The translations under genes were made by a program, and so were the position numbers. Shown piece by piece: positions 32,599 through 42,806 of a stretch of DNA of 64,000 bases. How positions within the stretch are numbered: position 1 is the first letter of the stretch; the number at the start of each line of letters is the position of its first letter. A model generated the notes under the pieces. It saw only the letters and a program-made list of their open reading frames with translations. It was not told where the DNA came from and searched no databases. Source of the DNA: an uncultured Gemmatimonadaceae bacterium (GTDB lineage Bacteria; Gemmatimonadota; Gemmatimonadetes; Gemmatimonadales; Gemmatimonadaceae); NCBI GenBank assembly GCA_963829055.1, contig CAWHHI010000004.1:32001-96000 (forward strand), in the 5' to 3' direction.

Positions 32599-33435
32599 CT
32601 ACTCGATGTGGGCCACGCCATTGCCGGGTTTGGCAAACCGGATGAACACTGCCGGGTCGTGTCCCGGGATAATGAGCCGCGGCATCGAGGCGAGGCGCGT
32701 CATGCGTTCCTGCGCAGCGAGGTTCGAGAGCGAGTCGAGCGTCTGTGCGATCGGACGGTGCGTGTCGAGATTCTCGTACAGGTACGCATTGTCGGACGCG
32801 ATGACGACGGTGCCGCCCTTCGTCGCCACGGTCGCGTACTGCGAGGCGAACGTGTGCTTGCCGCCGGTGAACACGGTGATGCCAGGGATGATCTGTACGG
32901 AGTCGCCGTCGATCTGATTGACGCGACCGCGCTTCGCGAGATCGGCGAACATCTTGGCGTCGTCGGGATCGATGGCGCGGTCCAGTGCGCCGCCCATGGC
33001 GCCGACGTGATGCTCGTACTCTTCCTTCTGGATCCAGATGCGCGCGTTAGGAAACAGATCGGCGCCATCAGCGTGATCCCAGTGGATGTGCGAGATGATG
33101 ATGTCCGTGACATCTTCGGGCTTCACCCCAGCGCGCGTGACGGCGACCGCGGGCGAGACGAAGTCGACCGGCTTCCACCGCTGCACGAACTTGTCGCGGT
33201 AGAACCCGGCGTCGACGAGCACGGTGCGCCCGTTGCCGCGGAGAAGCCAGACGGTCATCGCGATGTCCATGCGGCGGCTGGTATCGGCGCCGGCAATCAG
33301 GCCACGAACGGGGAAGCCGGCGATGGTCGCGTAGCGGACAGCGTACACGTCGTACGTCGGCGCTTGCTGCGCGCTCACCGGCGTCGCGGCGGTGAGCGAG
33401 AGGGCGAACAGGGCACAGGTACGAAGCGGGCTCAC
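32599..33435 (-). CDS. Secreted metallo-beta-lactamase-fold hydrolase, N-acyl-homoserine lactonase-like
   Basis: LVDAG, SHIHWDH (HxHxDH), GKHT, ASD, PGHD; GTG start after GAGGAG; signal peptide. Confidence 0.85.
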   Translation of the reverse strand: MSPLRTCALFALSLTAATPVSAQQAPTYDVYAVRYATIAGFPVRGLIAGADTSRRMDIAMTVWLLRGNGRTVLVDAGFYRDKFVQRWKPVDFVSPAVAVTRAGVKPEDVTDIIISHIHWDHADGADLFPNARIWIQKEEYEHHVGAMGGALDRAIDPDDAKMFADLAKRGRVNQIDGDSVQIIPGITVFTGGKHTFASQYATVATKGGTVVIASDNAYLYENLDTHRPIAQTLDSLSNLAAQERMTRLASMPRLIIPGHDPAVFIRFAKPGNGVAHIE

Positions 33436-33607
33436 GATACTCCTCACAATGAAATCGTTAGGCTCCCGGCGGCTGGCACAGGTACAACGCTGCGCAGACA
33501 TCGCCGCGGTGTAAAGGAAGCGTATCCCAGGTGCTTGGCGAAGCTTGACGCCACGGTCATGTCGGTCGTAGGCTCCCGCCTCTTTCTCTAGCGCGGAGTA
33601 GACTGCG

Positions 33608-34087
33608 GTGTTTTCGGGTGAGCAAGTAGCCAGCCTGCTGAAGGAGCTCGGTGTGACACATGTCATTACCGTCCCCGACAGCACCATCGGCCGGTGGGAA
33701 GCCGCCATCGAGCAGTCGGGCAGCGTGCGGCTCGTGCGCGTCTGCCGCGAAGGCGAGGCCTGGCAAGTCGCCGCCGGCCTGCACCTTGGCGGCGCGACAC
33801 CGCTCGTCATGATCCAGTGCACCGGCCTGTTCGAGTCCGGTGACGCGCTGCGCAACGTGCTTCACGACTGGAAGCTGCCCGTGTTCGCCATCATCGGCTA
33901 CCGCAGCTACCTCGATCAGGCGAAGCTGCCGGGCGACACGTGCCTCGTGTTCACGGAACCCGTGCTCGATGCGTGGCGGATCGACTATCGCCTCATCACG
34001 TCTCCATCGCAGCTGGACGTGATCCGTGCCCATTACCTCGATTGCCGCGACAGCGGACGCGCCGGTGCGGCGCTCATCGCCGAATGA
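33608..34087 (+). CDS. ThDP-dependent decarboxylase alpha subunit (ComD / phosphonopyruvate decarboxylase-like)
   Basis: TVPDS, CREGEA, AAGLHLGG, IQCTGL, IGYR. Confidence 0.8.
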   Translation: MFSGEQVASLLKELGVTHVITVPDSTIGRWEAAIEQSGSVRLVRVCREGEAWQVAAGLHLGGATPLVMIQCTGLFESGDALRNVLHDWKLPVFAIIGYRSYLDQAKLPGDTCLVFTEPVLDAWRIDYRLITSPSQLDVIRAHYLDCRDSGRAGAALIAE

Positions 34088-34743
34088 CCACAGTGCCCAT
34101 CGATCCGAACAGTGAAGCGCGCATGCCGCTCGTGCCCGCGCTCGAGACGCTCCGCCGTGCCCGCCGCGACGACGAGGTCGTGATCACGACCATGGGCTCC
34201 GCCCGCGAATGGATGAAGTTCGGCGCGCCGCACGCGCTCGACATCATTCTCGTCCCGTCGAGCATGGGACATGGCACGTCGATCGGGTTGGGGCTGGCGC
34301 TCGCGCGTCCGGACCGCCGCATCATCGTCTGCAGCGGCGACGGATCGCTGCTCATGAACCTCGGGTCGCTGGCGTCGATCGTCGCCGCGAAGGTCCCGAA
34401 CCTCGTCGTCCTCGTATTCGACAACGGCGTTTACGAGGTCACCGGTCAGCAGCCGACGGCGGCGGCATCGTCGGGTCGCGCGGACGGACGAGCGGCGGAC
34501 TTTCCAGGCATCGCCCGCGCCTGCGGCTTCGATTCGGTGCATCGATTTACGGATGCGGCCGAGTGGGCGGCGAACGCGCGCAATGTCCTCGATGCCGCGG
34601 GCCCGACGTTCGTTGCGCTGCATGTCGCGCCGGTGGTCGGCGGCATCGCGCCACATTCGCCCGGCCCCGCGCCCGCCCGGGCGCAGGCCTTCAGGAAAGC
34701 GTTAGGCGCGTCATCCCGAGCGCCAGCGAGGGACCTCCCGTGA
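34084..34743 (+). CDS. ThDP-dependent decarboxylase beta subunit (ComE-like)
   Basis: SMGHG..IGLGLALA, ThDP motif GDGSLLMN...DNG.YEVTGQQ; ATGA overlap with the alpha subunit. Confidence 0.82.
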   Translation: MTTVPIDPNSEARMPLVPALETLRRARRDDEVVITTMGSAREWMKFGAPHALDIILVPSSMGHGTSIGLGLALARPDRRIIVCSGDGSLLMNLGSLASIVAAKVPNLVVLVFDNGVYEVTGQQPTAAASSGRADGRAADFPGIARACGFDSVHRFTDAAEWAANARNVLDAAGPTFVALHVAPVVGGIAPHSPGPAPARAQAFRKALGASSRAPARDLP

Positions 34744-34827
34744 TGTCATCATAGCCGACTCTCGGCGACTACTGCCCACGATGACGGTCGAGAAGGTCCC
34801 TCGTCGCTGTCGCTCCTCGGGATGACA
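34710..34827. repeat. REP-like nested palindrome, family B, overlapping the 3' end of the ComE-like gene
   Basis: GTCATCCCGAGCGCCAGCGAGGGACCT..AGGTCCCTCGTCGCTGTCGCTCCTCGGGATGACA; followed by (CCGCCTT)n. Confidence 0.85.
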
Positions 34828-34889
34828 CGGTTTTCTCCCGCCCTCCGCCTTCCGCCTTCCGCCTTCCGCCTCCTCCTTCCGGAGGCCTC

Positions 34890-35498
34890 TTACGTCAGAA
34901 CCGTCCGAAACGTGTTCTCGATGACTGCCTCGAGTGGCGCCGGGCTGCGGAGCAGTCGCGACCGCATGGCCGCGCCCTCCCAGCAGTCCAGCATCAGGTT
35001 CGCCGTCTGGAGCGTATCCGTTTCTGTCGGCATGTCGCCGCGACGTCGCGCTTCGTCGAGCGTTTCGGCCAGCCGCCCCGCGATGCCATCGAACGCCGCC
35101 TCGATGTGGCGCCTGAACGCCGTGTTGACCGCCGCCAATTCCTGTCCAAGCAGCCCAATCAGCGAGCCGAGGTAGCCCTGGCTCGCGTACATGGCCAGCA
35201 GTCGTTCGAAGAAGAGACGGACCCGCTCCAGCGGTGCACGTTCCTGCTCGGATAGCGATTGGTCCAACAAGACATGGACCTCCGCGAGGTACCGCCCCAC
35301 CACGTGGAGCGCAAAATCTTCCTTGCTCGCGAAGTGGTGATAGAACGACCCCTTGGGGACGTTCGTCGCTACCAGGAGATCCTGAATGCCGGTCGCGTTG
35401 TAGCCGCGCTCGAGGAGCGTGGCGAGGCCGACATCCAGTAGCCGGCGCTTCGTCGCGTGCAGGGAATCATCGGCGGGTAGAGCAAGCGGTCCAGTCAT
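34890..35498 (-). CDS. TetR/AcrR-family regulator (NemR-like)
   Basis: RGYNATGIQDLL..VPKGSFYHHFASKE; GSLIGLLGQEL; WEGA. Confidence 0.9.
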   Translation of the reverse strand: MTGPLALPADDSLHATKRRLLDVGLATLLERGYNATGIQDLLVATNVPKGSFYHHFASKEDFALHVVGRYLAEVHVLLDQSLSEQERAPLERVRLFFERLLAMYASQGYLGSLIGLLGQELAAVNTAFRRHIEAAFDGIAGRLAETLDEARRRGDMPTETDTLQTANLMLDCWEGAAMRSRLLRSPAPLEAVIENTFRTVLT

Positions 35499-35651
35499 GG
35501 TTCGAAAGTGGGGCAGGGACCAAGCGAATCATCGCCGAGCTGAATGGGCTCGACGCGCGGTACGGTGCTTACGATGACTCCCGAACCCTGCAACCCACTC
35601 CGCCGTCACCCGTTCGCTACTGGAATGGCTCGCGAATGGGCACAGTATCGC

Positions 35652-36101
35652 TCACGCGTGTCGACCAGCCGAGGGTCCGGATCCCTCCGTACCCGCGTCG
35701 GCCCGTCGAGTTCGCGTGGCGAAGCGAAGTCGAATTGCGGCCGCGAGAAATCCGAGGAGCGCGCCGGCGAGTCCGGCGGGTAAGGACGTGAGGGACGGAA
35801 GGCCGACGCTACCGAGGACAAGGCCGACTGCCGCGCCCGCGGTCGTGCCAATGGAGGTCTGAGCGAGCGCTCGACCCAGCGGCACGCGTCGAAGGAACGC
35901 CCACGCGGTGATCGGCGCGAGCACTGCCCCCAGACCCGCGCCCACCCCGGCGCCAACGCCCGCGCTCGCGAGAAAGTCGGTTCCACGTACGCCGAGTCGC
36001 AACGCCCACACGGCTAGTAGCGCGGCACCGAGCGCGCCGCCGATGATGGCACCGATGGCGGCGATGCTGAGTGTGACAGCGGCGACTCGGCCGATGCGCA
36101 T
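35652..36101 (-). CDS. Gly-rich membrane protein
   Basis: Four hydrophobic segments; AWAFLRRVPLGRA. Confidence 0.65.
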   Translation of the reverse strand: MRIGRVAAVTLSIAAIGAIIGGALGAALLAVWALRLGVRGTDFLASAGVGAGVGAGLGAVLAPITAWAFLRRVPLGRALAQTSIGTTAGAAVGLVLGSVGLPSLTSLPAGLAGALLGFLAAAIRLRFATRTRRADAGTEGSGPSAGRHA

Positions 36102-36279
36102 TTCAGAGCGGTTGAACGGTGGGCGGACGACAAGATGAAAGCTCATGCCGTGCCGCGGCGCACGCCAGTCGGCCGGTCACATCACTGCAGCGCAATGAAA
36201 AATCCACCATCGCGACACCATGACCCGAACGCTACCGTAGTTGTCGAACCACCAACCCTTTCATCGAGGACATCACTGA

Positions 36280-36682
36280 ATGTCGCTTCATCTGATCACG
36301 CGTGTCGCGGCCGTCGCTGCGGTCGCCGCCAGCACCGCTGCGTTCGTGGCGGCCGACCTCAAAGGCGACTACAACATCGAACTCGTCGTCGAGGGAACCA
36401 CGTACACCGGTACGCAGAAGACGACGTCCGGAACCAAGGGCGCGTACACCGGCAAGATGGAGTTCACGTCGCCGTCCTCCATTCTCGCTGATGTGACCGG
36501 AAAGACGGCGGGCGACTCGGTGACCTACGAGGCGAAGTACGAGGACAAGGGCCGCGGTTGTACCGGTACGCTCGTCGGGGAGAGGCACTGTCGAGAAGGA
36601 CGGGAGCAAGGCGGCTGGCGCGCTCGCGATCAACGACAGCTGCGCGGGAGAGCTGACGGGCACGTTCCGCCTCTGGCGGTAG
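36280..36682 (+). CDS. Secreted hypothetical protein, frameshift near 36580
   Basis: Signal peptide; beta-rich body with CTGT; continues as ...GALAINDSCAGELTGTFRLWR* in another frame. Confidence 0.6.
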
Positions 36683-36852
36683 CGCGTCGGGACCTGTCGC
36701 CATGGTTGTAGTGCACGAGCCGGTGTGGCTCGTGCCGACATCCGAGGGGTATTCGTCATTCGGCGTCGCATGGCTATCATGACAGGCTGTGCGACGCGCG
36801 CGCATCGTCCGGTGGCGCATCAGCCGCATTCCCCTCACGTCGAGCTCGAGCA

Positions 36853-37945
36853 GTGCAGTCGTCGATCGTTCTACTCTTCGCGTCCGCCATCATCGCGGCG
36901 CCCGTGCTGGGCCAGAGCCCACCCCCGTCGAACACCGCCAGCAAGTCTGCCGCGCGTGCCGATTCGTTAGGCACCGGAGCAAAAAAGCCGGCGAGCAAAG
37001 GCTCAGTCCGCCAAGACTGACACGACTCATAAGGCAACTTCGTCCACCACCACGCCCTCGAAGCCAGCGCGGAAAACCTGGACTGGAGGCCGGAACGGGT
37101 TTGTGGTCGACAGCGCCGAGGCAGCGAGCCTGTGGCCGGTGAAAGGTCCGACGCCGCTGGCTGGTGCCGTGGTCCCCGCAAAGCGAATCATCGCGTACTA
37201 CGGCAATCCGCTCGTGAAGAAAATGGGCATCCTCGGCGAGCTTCCGCCCGATGAGATGCTCGCGAAGCTCGATACGGAGGTCGAGCGCTGGCGAAAGGCC
37301 GATCCCAGCACGCCTGTACAGCCCGCGCTGCACGTCATTGGCGTCGTCGCGCAGGGGAGCGCCGGCCGTGACGGCATGTGGCGCGCGCGCATGAGCGACT
37401 CGCTCATCGAGCGGGTCTACAGCTGGGCACAGCGAAAGAACGCGCTGCTGTTCATCGACGTGCAGGTCGGCCATAGCACGTTGCAGGCGGAGCTGCCGCG
37501 TCTCGCGAAATTCCTCAAGCGTCCCGACGTGCATCTCGGGATCGATCCCGAATTCTCGATGAAGACCGGAGCGAAACCGGGCACGAAGATCGGGACGTTC
37601 GATGCCGCGGATGTGAACTACGCGACGAAGTTCCTGTCGGAGCTCTCGGCGTCTGAGAACATCCCGCCGAAAGTGCTCGTCGTGCATCGCTTCACGCGGC
37701 CCATGCTCACGAACACGCAGAACATCCGACTCGATCCGCGGGTTCAGATCGTGATCAACATGGACGGCTGGGGCCCGCAGTGGATGAAGCTCGATTCCTA
37801 CCACGACTACGTGTACCTGCACCCGGTGCAGTACACGGGGTTCAAGCTCTTCTACCACAACGATACGAAGAACGGCAACAAGCTTCTGACGCCAGAGCAG
37901 GTGCTGAAGGTGCTGCCGAGGCCGGTGTACATCCAGTACCAGTAG
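36853..37945 (+). CDS. Conserved-looking secreted hypothetical protein; N-terminus frameshifted near 37015
   Basis: IIAYYGNP..KMGILGE, FIDVQVG, VHLGIDPEF, VHRFT, MDGWG, GFKLFY; signal-peptide-like VQSSIVLLFASAIIAA upstream. Confidence 0.75.
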
Positions 37946-38062
37946 GGACTGGGGATCAGGGACTGGGGACTGGGAAAACCCTCGGGACGCTGCTCTTGCG
38001 AGAGGAGCCTCCCGGGGGTTTGCCGTCGCCCAGTCCCCGGTCCCAGTCCCCAGTCCCCAGTC
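37945..38062. repeat. Mirrored GGGGACT/AGTCCCC heptamer arrays enclosing a family F hairpin
   Basis: GGGACTGGGGATCAGGGACTGGGGACTGGG - AAACCCTCGGGACG..CTCTTGCGAGAG..TCCCGGGGGTTT - CCCAGTCCCCGGTCCCAGTCCCCAGTCCCCAGTC. Confidence 0.8.
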
Positions 38063-38125
38063 TAGCACGACAGTTGAATAGGAGAGCAGTCAGGACCGTA
38101 CGTCACCAACCCCAGTCTTCCTGAC

Positions 38126-39589
38126 ATGCACCCCTTCAAGTCCGCCCACCGCAGCACCCGATGGATCGCGCTCTCCTTCATGGTTGCCGCGTGCGCGACC
38201 AACCCGGTTACCGGGAAGAGGGAGCTCTCGCTGGTCTCGGAACAGCAAGAGATCCAGATGGGCCAGGAGGGCGCGCAGCAGGTCGCCCAGGAGATCGGGC
38301 TCATCAACGATCAGGCCCTCCAGCAGTACGTGCAGGGTATCGGCGCGGCCATCGCCGCCAAGTCCGAGCGCCCGAATCTCCCGTGGACGTTCCGGGTCGT
38401 CGATGATCCAAGCCCCAACGCGTTTGCGCTGCCAGGTGGCTTCATCTTCGTCACGCGCGGACTGCTCGGCCTCATGAACAACGAGGCCGAACTGGCGTCG
38501 GTCGTCGGGCACGAGATCGGGCACGTGACGGCGCGGCACTCCGTTCACCAGATGAGCGAGCAGCAGGTTTCACAGCTCGCGCTCGGCGTCGGTGCGATTC
38601 TGTCGCCCACCGTCGCCCAATTCGGCAACGTCGCGTCCCAGGGGTTGGGACTTCTGTTCCTCAAGTACGGGCGCGACGACGAGCGCCAGGCGGACGACCT
38701 CGGATTCCGCTACGCGCTGGGGCAGGGGTACGACGTCCGCTACATGGACGATGTCTTCCGCTCGCTGCAGCGGCTGGGCGAGCAGAGCGAGCAGAGCCCA
38801 CTGCCGACGTGGCTGGCCACGCACCCGGGCGAAGCCGAGCGAATTCAGACGATCGATCAGAAGCTGGCGAAGCTCGATCCGAGCCAGCTCGCGAACGCGA
38901 AGGTGAATGCGCAGGGCTACATGCAGCGCGTCAATGGGCTCGTGTACGGACAGAACCCGCGCAACGGCTTCTTCCAGGGCAACACGTTCTATCAGCCCGA
39001 CCTTCGCTTCCAGATGACGTTGCCCAGCGGTTGGCAGGGTCAGAACCTGACGCAGGCCGTCGTCGCCGTGAGCCCGCAGCAGGACGGCATCATTCAGCTC
39101 ACGCTCGCGCAGGGGAATTCACCTGAAGTCGCGGCGAGAACGTTTCTGTCGCAGGAGGGCATTCAGGCAGGACAGGCATCGAAGGAGACGGTGAATGGCG
39201 TTCCGGCGGTCGCCAGCACGTTCCAGGCGAAGACCGAGCAGGGCGTCATCCAGGGCATCGCCGCGTTCTTCACGTACAACGGCACGACGTACCAGGTCAT
39301 TGGCTACGCGCCGGCGCAGAAGTACGGCGCCTACGATCCGGTCTTTCGCCAGGCGCTCGGCAGCTTCGCTCCGGTGACCGATCCGCGGATTCTCGACGTC
39401 CAGCCGAACAAGGTGAATGTCGTGTCGTTGCCGCAATCGATGACGCTCGCGCAATTCGCGCAGAAATATCCGTCCGCCGTCGACGTGACCGAGCTGGCGA
39501 TCGTGAATCAGATCGAGAACCCGAATGCGCCGATCCCCGCGGGAACCGCGGTGAAGCAGATCGTGGCCGGGCGATCACCCAAGGGATGA
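38126..39589 (+). CDS. M48-family zinc metalloprotease lipoprotein (BepA/LoiP-like) with C-terminal extension
   Basis: ACATNPVTG, PNAFALPGG, GHEIGH, ERQADDLG, ATHP. Confidence 0.92.
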   Translation: MHPFKSAHRSTRWIALSFMVAACATNPVTGKRELSLVSEQQEIQMGQEGAQQVAQEIGLINDQALQQYVQGIGAAIAAKSERPNLPWTFRVVDDPSPNAFALPGGFIFVTRGLLGLMNNEAELASVVGHEIGHVTARHSVHQMSEQQVSQLALGVGAILSPTVAQFGNVASQGLGLLFLKYGRDDERQADDLGFRYALGQGYDVRYMDDVFRSLQRLGEQSEQSPLPTWLATHPGEAERIQTIDQKLAKLDPSQLANAKVNAQGYMQRVNGLVYGQNPRNGFFQGNTFYQPDLRFQMTLPSGWQGQNLTQAVVAVSPQQDGIIQLTLAQGNSPEVAARTFLSQEGIQAGQASKETVNGVPAVASTFQAKTEQGVIQGIAAFFTYNGTTYQVIGYAPAQKYGAYDPVFRQALGSFAPVTDPRILDVQPNKVNVVSLPQSMTLAQFAQKYPSAVDVTELAIVNQIENPNAPIPAGTAVKQIVAGRSPKG

Positions 39590-39610
39590 GTGGATGACGG
39601 CACGACAACG

Positions 39611-39643
39611 ACGGGGCGACGCTTCGAAGCGTCGCCCCGTTTT
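39611..39643 (+). terminator. Intrinsic terminator
   Basis: ACGGGGCGACGCTTCGAAGCGTCGCCCCGT palindrome followed by TTT. Confidence 0.75.
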
Positions 39644-39674
39644 GCGATCTGCCCCCGAGGGCTAGCTTTCGCGC

Positions 39675-40452
39675 ATGACGCCCTGGGTCAAGCGACTGCT
39701 GATCGCCAACGTAGCAATTTTCTTCGTGCAGCTCACTGTGCCGGGAGCAACGCAGTTCCTCGCGTTTCTTCCGTCATACGCGCTCGTGCGACCGTGGTCG
39801 TTTCTGACCTACATGTTTGCGCACAGCACGTCGCAATACACGCACATCCTGTTCAACATGCTGGTCCTGTACTTCTTCGGGCCACGCGTTGAAGAGCGAC
39901 TGGGCAGCACCCATTTCATCCGGCTGTACCTGTTCAGCGGAGTGATGGGTGCGCTGCTCTCGATCGTGTTCAATCAGGGCGGCTCCATCATCGGTGCATC
40001 GGGAGCCGTGTTCGGCGTGCAGCTGGCGTTCGCCAAGTACTGGCCGCGCGAGCGCATCTACATCTGGGGAATCCTTCCGGTCGAAGCGTGGCTACTCGTG
40101 GTGGTCACGACGGTGATCGCGCTGTGGGGCGGTTTCGCCGGTGGCGGCGGTGGGGTAGCGCACTTCGCGCATCTCGGGTGGGTACCTCGGCGCGTGGGTC
40201 TATCTCCTGTGGTCGGATCGACGCTCGCCGGCTCGGCAATGGAAGTCGAAGCTCGAGAAGCCGGCGAAGAAGGCCGAGATCGGCAACTGGAAGACGATCA
40301 ACACGCAGTCGATTCACGAGGTCAACCGCGCCGAGGTGAACCGGATCCTCGACAAGATCAGCGCGAACGGCGTGGACAGCCTAACGCCGGCCGAACGGAC
40401 GTTCCTGAGTCACTTCGCGCCGCCGGACGATCGGCCCGTCAGGCCGACCTGA
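39675..40452 (+). CDS. Rhomboid-family intramembrane serine protease, frameshift near 40180
   Basis: TYMFAH, HILFNM, GASGA, AHFAHLG; C-terminal EVNRILDKISANGVDSLTPAER in another frame. Confidence 0.88.
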
Positions 40453-40978
40453 AGCAGCTTCGCGCACCCTCAGCTGGGTGGCTGCGGCTCCACCGGTCCG
40501 ACGGTGATCGGTGGAGTGCCGTCTCGACGAATCGGCCCAGCACGAGCACCGCCAGCGCCAGTCCAGCGGCCATGCCGGCAATGTGCCACTGGCCGATGCC
40601 GCATGAAATACCCAGCGCAGCCGCCACCCAGATCGTCGCCGCCGTCGTGAGCCCCTTCACGTCGCGACCTTCGGAGTGGAGAATGACCCCGCCGCCGATG
40701 AACCCGATGCCCGCGATGAGGCCCTGAATGACTCGTGAGGCGGCATCGGCGTGCGTCTGGCCGCCAGCCACACCGAGTTGCAGCGCGGTGACCGTCACGA
40801 GGGCGGCACCGAGTGCCACGAGCGCATGTGTGCGAAGACCGGCAGGCTTCTTCGTCAGCTCACGATTGAGGCCGATCGCGCCGCCAATTCCAGTGGCGGC
40901 CAGCAGACGAAGGATCGCCTCGCTCCAGTCGGGCACAGTGTCGGGCACAATCATGTCCCAATCATACGGCTGTCGCAT
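40439..40978 (-). CDS. MgtC/SapB-family membrane protein
   Basis: IGLNRE..KPAGLRTH, GIGFIGGG, GLTTAATIW; start may be 40954. Confidence 0.9.
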   Translation of the reverse strand: MRQPYDWDMIVPDTVPDWSEAILRLLAATGIGGAIGLNRELTKKPAGLRTHALVALGAALVTVTALQLGVAGGQTHADAASRVIQGLIAGIGFIGGGVILHSEGRDVKGLTTAATIWVAAALGISCGIGQWHIAGMAAGLALAVLVLGRFVETALHRSPSDRWSRSHPAEGARSCFRSA

Positions 40979-41065
40979 CCATTCCGCTTGAGCGATGGGC
41001 GCGCATCCCCTACCTTGTCGCTCGACTGCGCAGAGGCGCGCGACTCCCGCTGCATCGGTGATGCG

Positions 41066-41302
41066 TTGAGCGAACGAATCCTACAGCTCGAGATCTTTCC
41101 CGAGGTCCGGCACATCGAGGCCCTCGACCCACGTGTGGCGATCGGACCCGATACGCGCGTCGACGCGTTGTTTCGCGTGCGCTACGGCGAGGCTCGGCAG
41201 GTCCATCAGGTCTATCGAGACCGTCACGGCTGGTATTGCGCGGAGCACGGCCCGGCGTGCACGGCGGTGTCCGACGCGGTCAACGCCGCGAGTCCGCGTT
41301 AG
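41066..41302 (+). CDS. Small hypothetical protein with HGWYCAEHG..C motif
   Basis: Compact ORF with host-like codons and a His/Cys cluster; start uncertain. Confidence 0.55.
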   Translation: MSERILQLEIFPEVRHIEALDPRVAIGPDTRVDALFRVRYGEARQVHQVYRDRHGWYCAEHGPACTAVSDAVNAASPR

Positions 41303-41419
41303 GCTCACCCATGAGGACGACCGGCGAGTCGCTGACGAAAGCTGGTGGCCATTGCCCAGCGTGCGATCGACGCCGAGCGTAAGGACACCGAGTAGATCAC
41401 CGTCACCAACGAGGCCGAC

Positions 41420-42733
41420 ATGTGGAAGGGTAGTGTGAGGATGCTGGCGTCCGTCGCGATGCTGGCGTCGATTGCCGGCATAGCTGGCGCGCAACAGCCG
41501 ACTGATCCCGCGCTCGAGGCAAAGGCCCGGGCCATTCACGATCGCGTGATCGCGCTCGACACGCACGTCGACATCGATCCGAAGAACTTCACGACCGCGC
41601 ACCCGAATTACACCGACCGACTGAGCACGCAGGTCAATCTGCCGAAGATGATCGAGGGCGGGCTCGATGCTGTCTTCTTCAGCATCTACGTGGGGCAGGG
41701 TCCGCTGACGGCCGAGGGGTATCAGCGCGCGTACGAGGCCGACATGGAGAAGTTCGCGGCCGTGCACCGTCTCGCCGAGGAGCTGGCGCCCGACAAGATC
41801 GAGATCGCGTACCGCGCGGACGACGTCGCGAAGATCTCCGCCAAGGGAAAGAAGGTCGCGCTGATGGGTGTCGAGAACGCGTACGGCATTGGCACGGACC
41901 TGACGAACATCAAGAAGTTCTACGATCAGGGCGCGCGGTACATGTCGCTCGCGCACAATGGCCACAGCCAGATGTCCGATTCGAACACCGGCGAGCGCGA
42001 CGGCGTGTGGCTGTACCATGGCCTGTCGCCGTTAGGCAAGCAGGCGGTGGCCGAGTTGAACCGGGTCGGCATCATGATCGACATCTCGCATCCGTCCAAG
42101 GAGTCGATGATGCAGACGCTGGCGCTGACGAAAGCGCCGATCATCGCGTCGCACTCGGCCGTGCGGGCGCTGTGCAACGTGAGCCGGAATCTCGATGACG
42201 AGCAGTTGCTCGCGCTCAAGAAGAACGGCGGTGTCGTGCAGATGGTCGCGTTCTCGGGCTACGTGAAGTTGCCGCCAGCTGCATCCCCGGAGCGCCAGCA
42301 GGCGCTCGGCGCATTGCGCACGGAGTTCGGTCTGCCGGCGCCCGGCGGCGGCGCCGGTGCTGGTGGGGCCGGCGGAGCGGGCGGTGGTGGTGGTCGCGGC
42401 GGATTACAGGGCCTAACGCCGGAGAAGCGCGCCGAGTATCAGCGTCGCATGGCGCAGATCGACAGTCAGTTCCCACCGCCGCCGCGCGCGACGGTCAAGG
42501 ACTTCGTCGATCACATCGACTATGCCGTGAAGCTGATCGGCATCGACCACGTCGGCATCAGCTCCGACTTCGACGGCGGCGGTGGCGTCGAGGGCTACAA
42601 CGACGCGACCGAGGCGATCAACGTGACGCGCGAGCTCGTGCGTCGCGGCTACACGGAGGAGCAGATCTCGAAAATGTGGAGCGGCAACCTGCTGCGCGTG
42701 ATGCGCGCCGTGGAGCGAGCGGCGAAAAGCTAG
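41420..42733 (+). CDS. Membrane dipeptidase (peptidase M19)
   Basis: DTHVD, MGVEN, SLAHNGH, IDISH, ASHS, SRNLDDE, HVGISSDFDG, GNLLRV; Gly-rich insertion. Confidence 0.92.
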   Translation: MWKGSVRMLASVAMLASIAGIAGAQQPTDPALEAKARAIHDRVIALDTHVDIDPKNFTTAHPNYTDRLSTQVNLPKMIEGGLDAVFFSIYVGQGPLTAEGYQRAYEADMEKFAAVHRLAEELAPDKIEIAYRADDVAKISAKGKKVALMGVENAYGIGTDLTNIKKFYDQGARYMSLAHNGHSQMSDSNTGERDGVWLYHGLSPLGKQAVAELNRVGIMIDISHPSKESMMQTLALTKAPIIASHSAVRALCNVSRNLDDEQLLALKKNGGVVQMVAFSGYVKLPPAASPERQQALGALRTEFGLPAPGGGAGAGGAGGAGGGGGRGGLQGLTPEKRAEYQRRMAQIDSQFPPPPRATVKDFVDHIDYAVKLIGIDHVGISSDFDGGGGVEGYNDATEAINVTRELVRRGYTEEQISKMWSGNLLRVMRAVERAAKS

Positions 42734-42806
42734 GCCGTAGGAAGGAGGCCATAGGAAGGAGGAGGCGGAAGGCGGAGGCGGAGGCGGACGGCGGAGGAGA
42801 AAAGCC

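Noticed and set aside
42340..42402. G-rich low-complexity tract
   Set aside because: In-frame Gly/Ala linker inside the dipeptidase.
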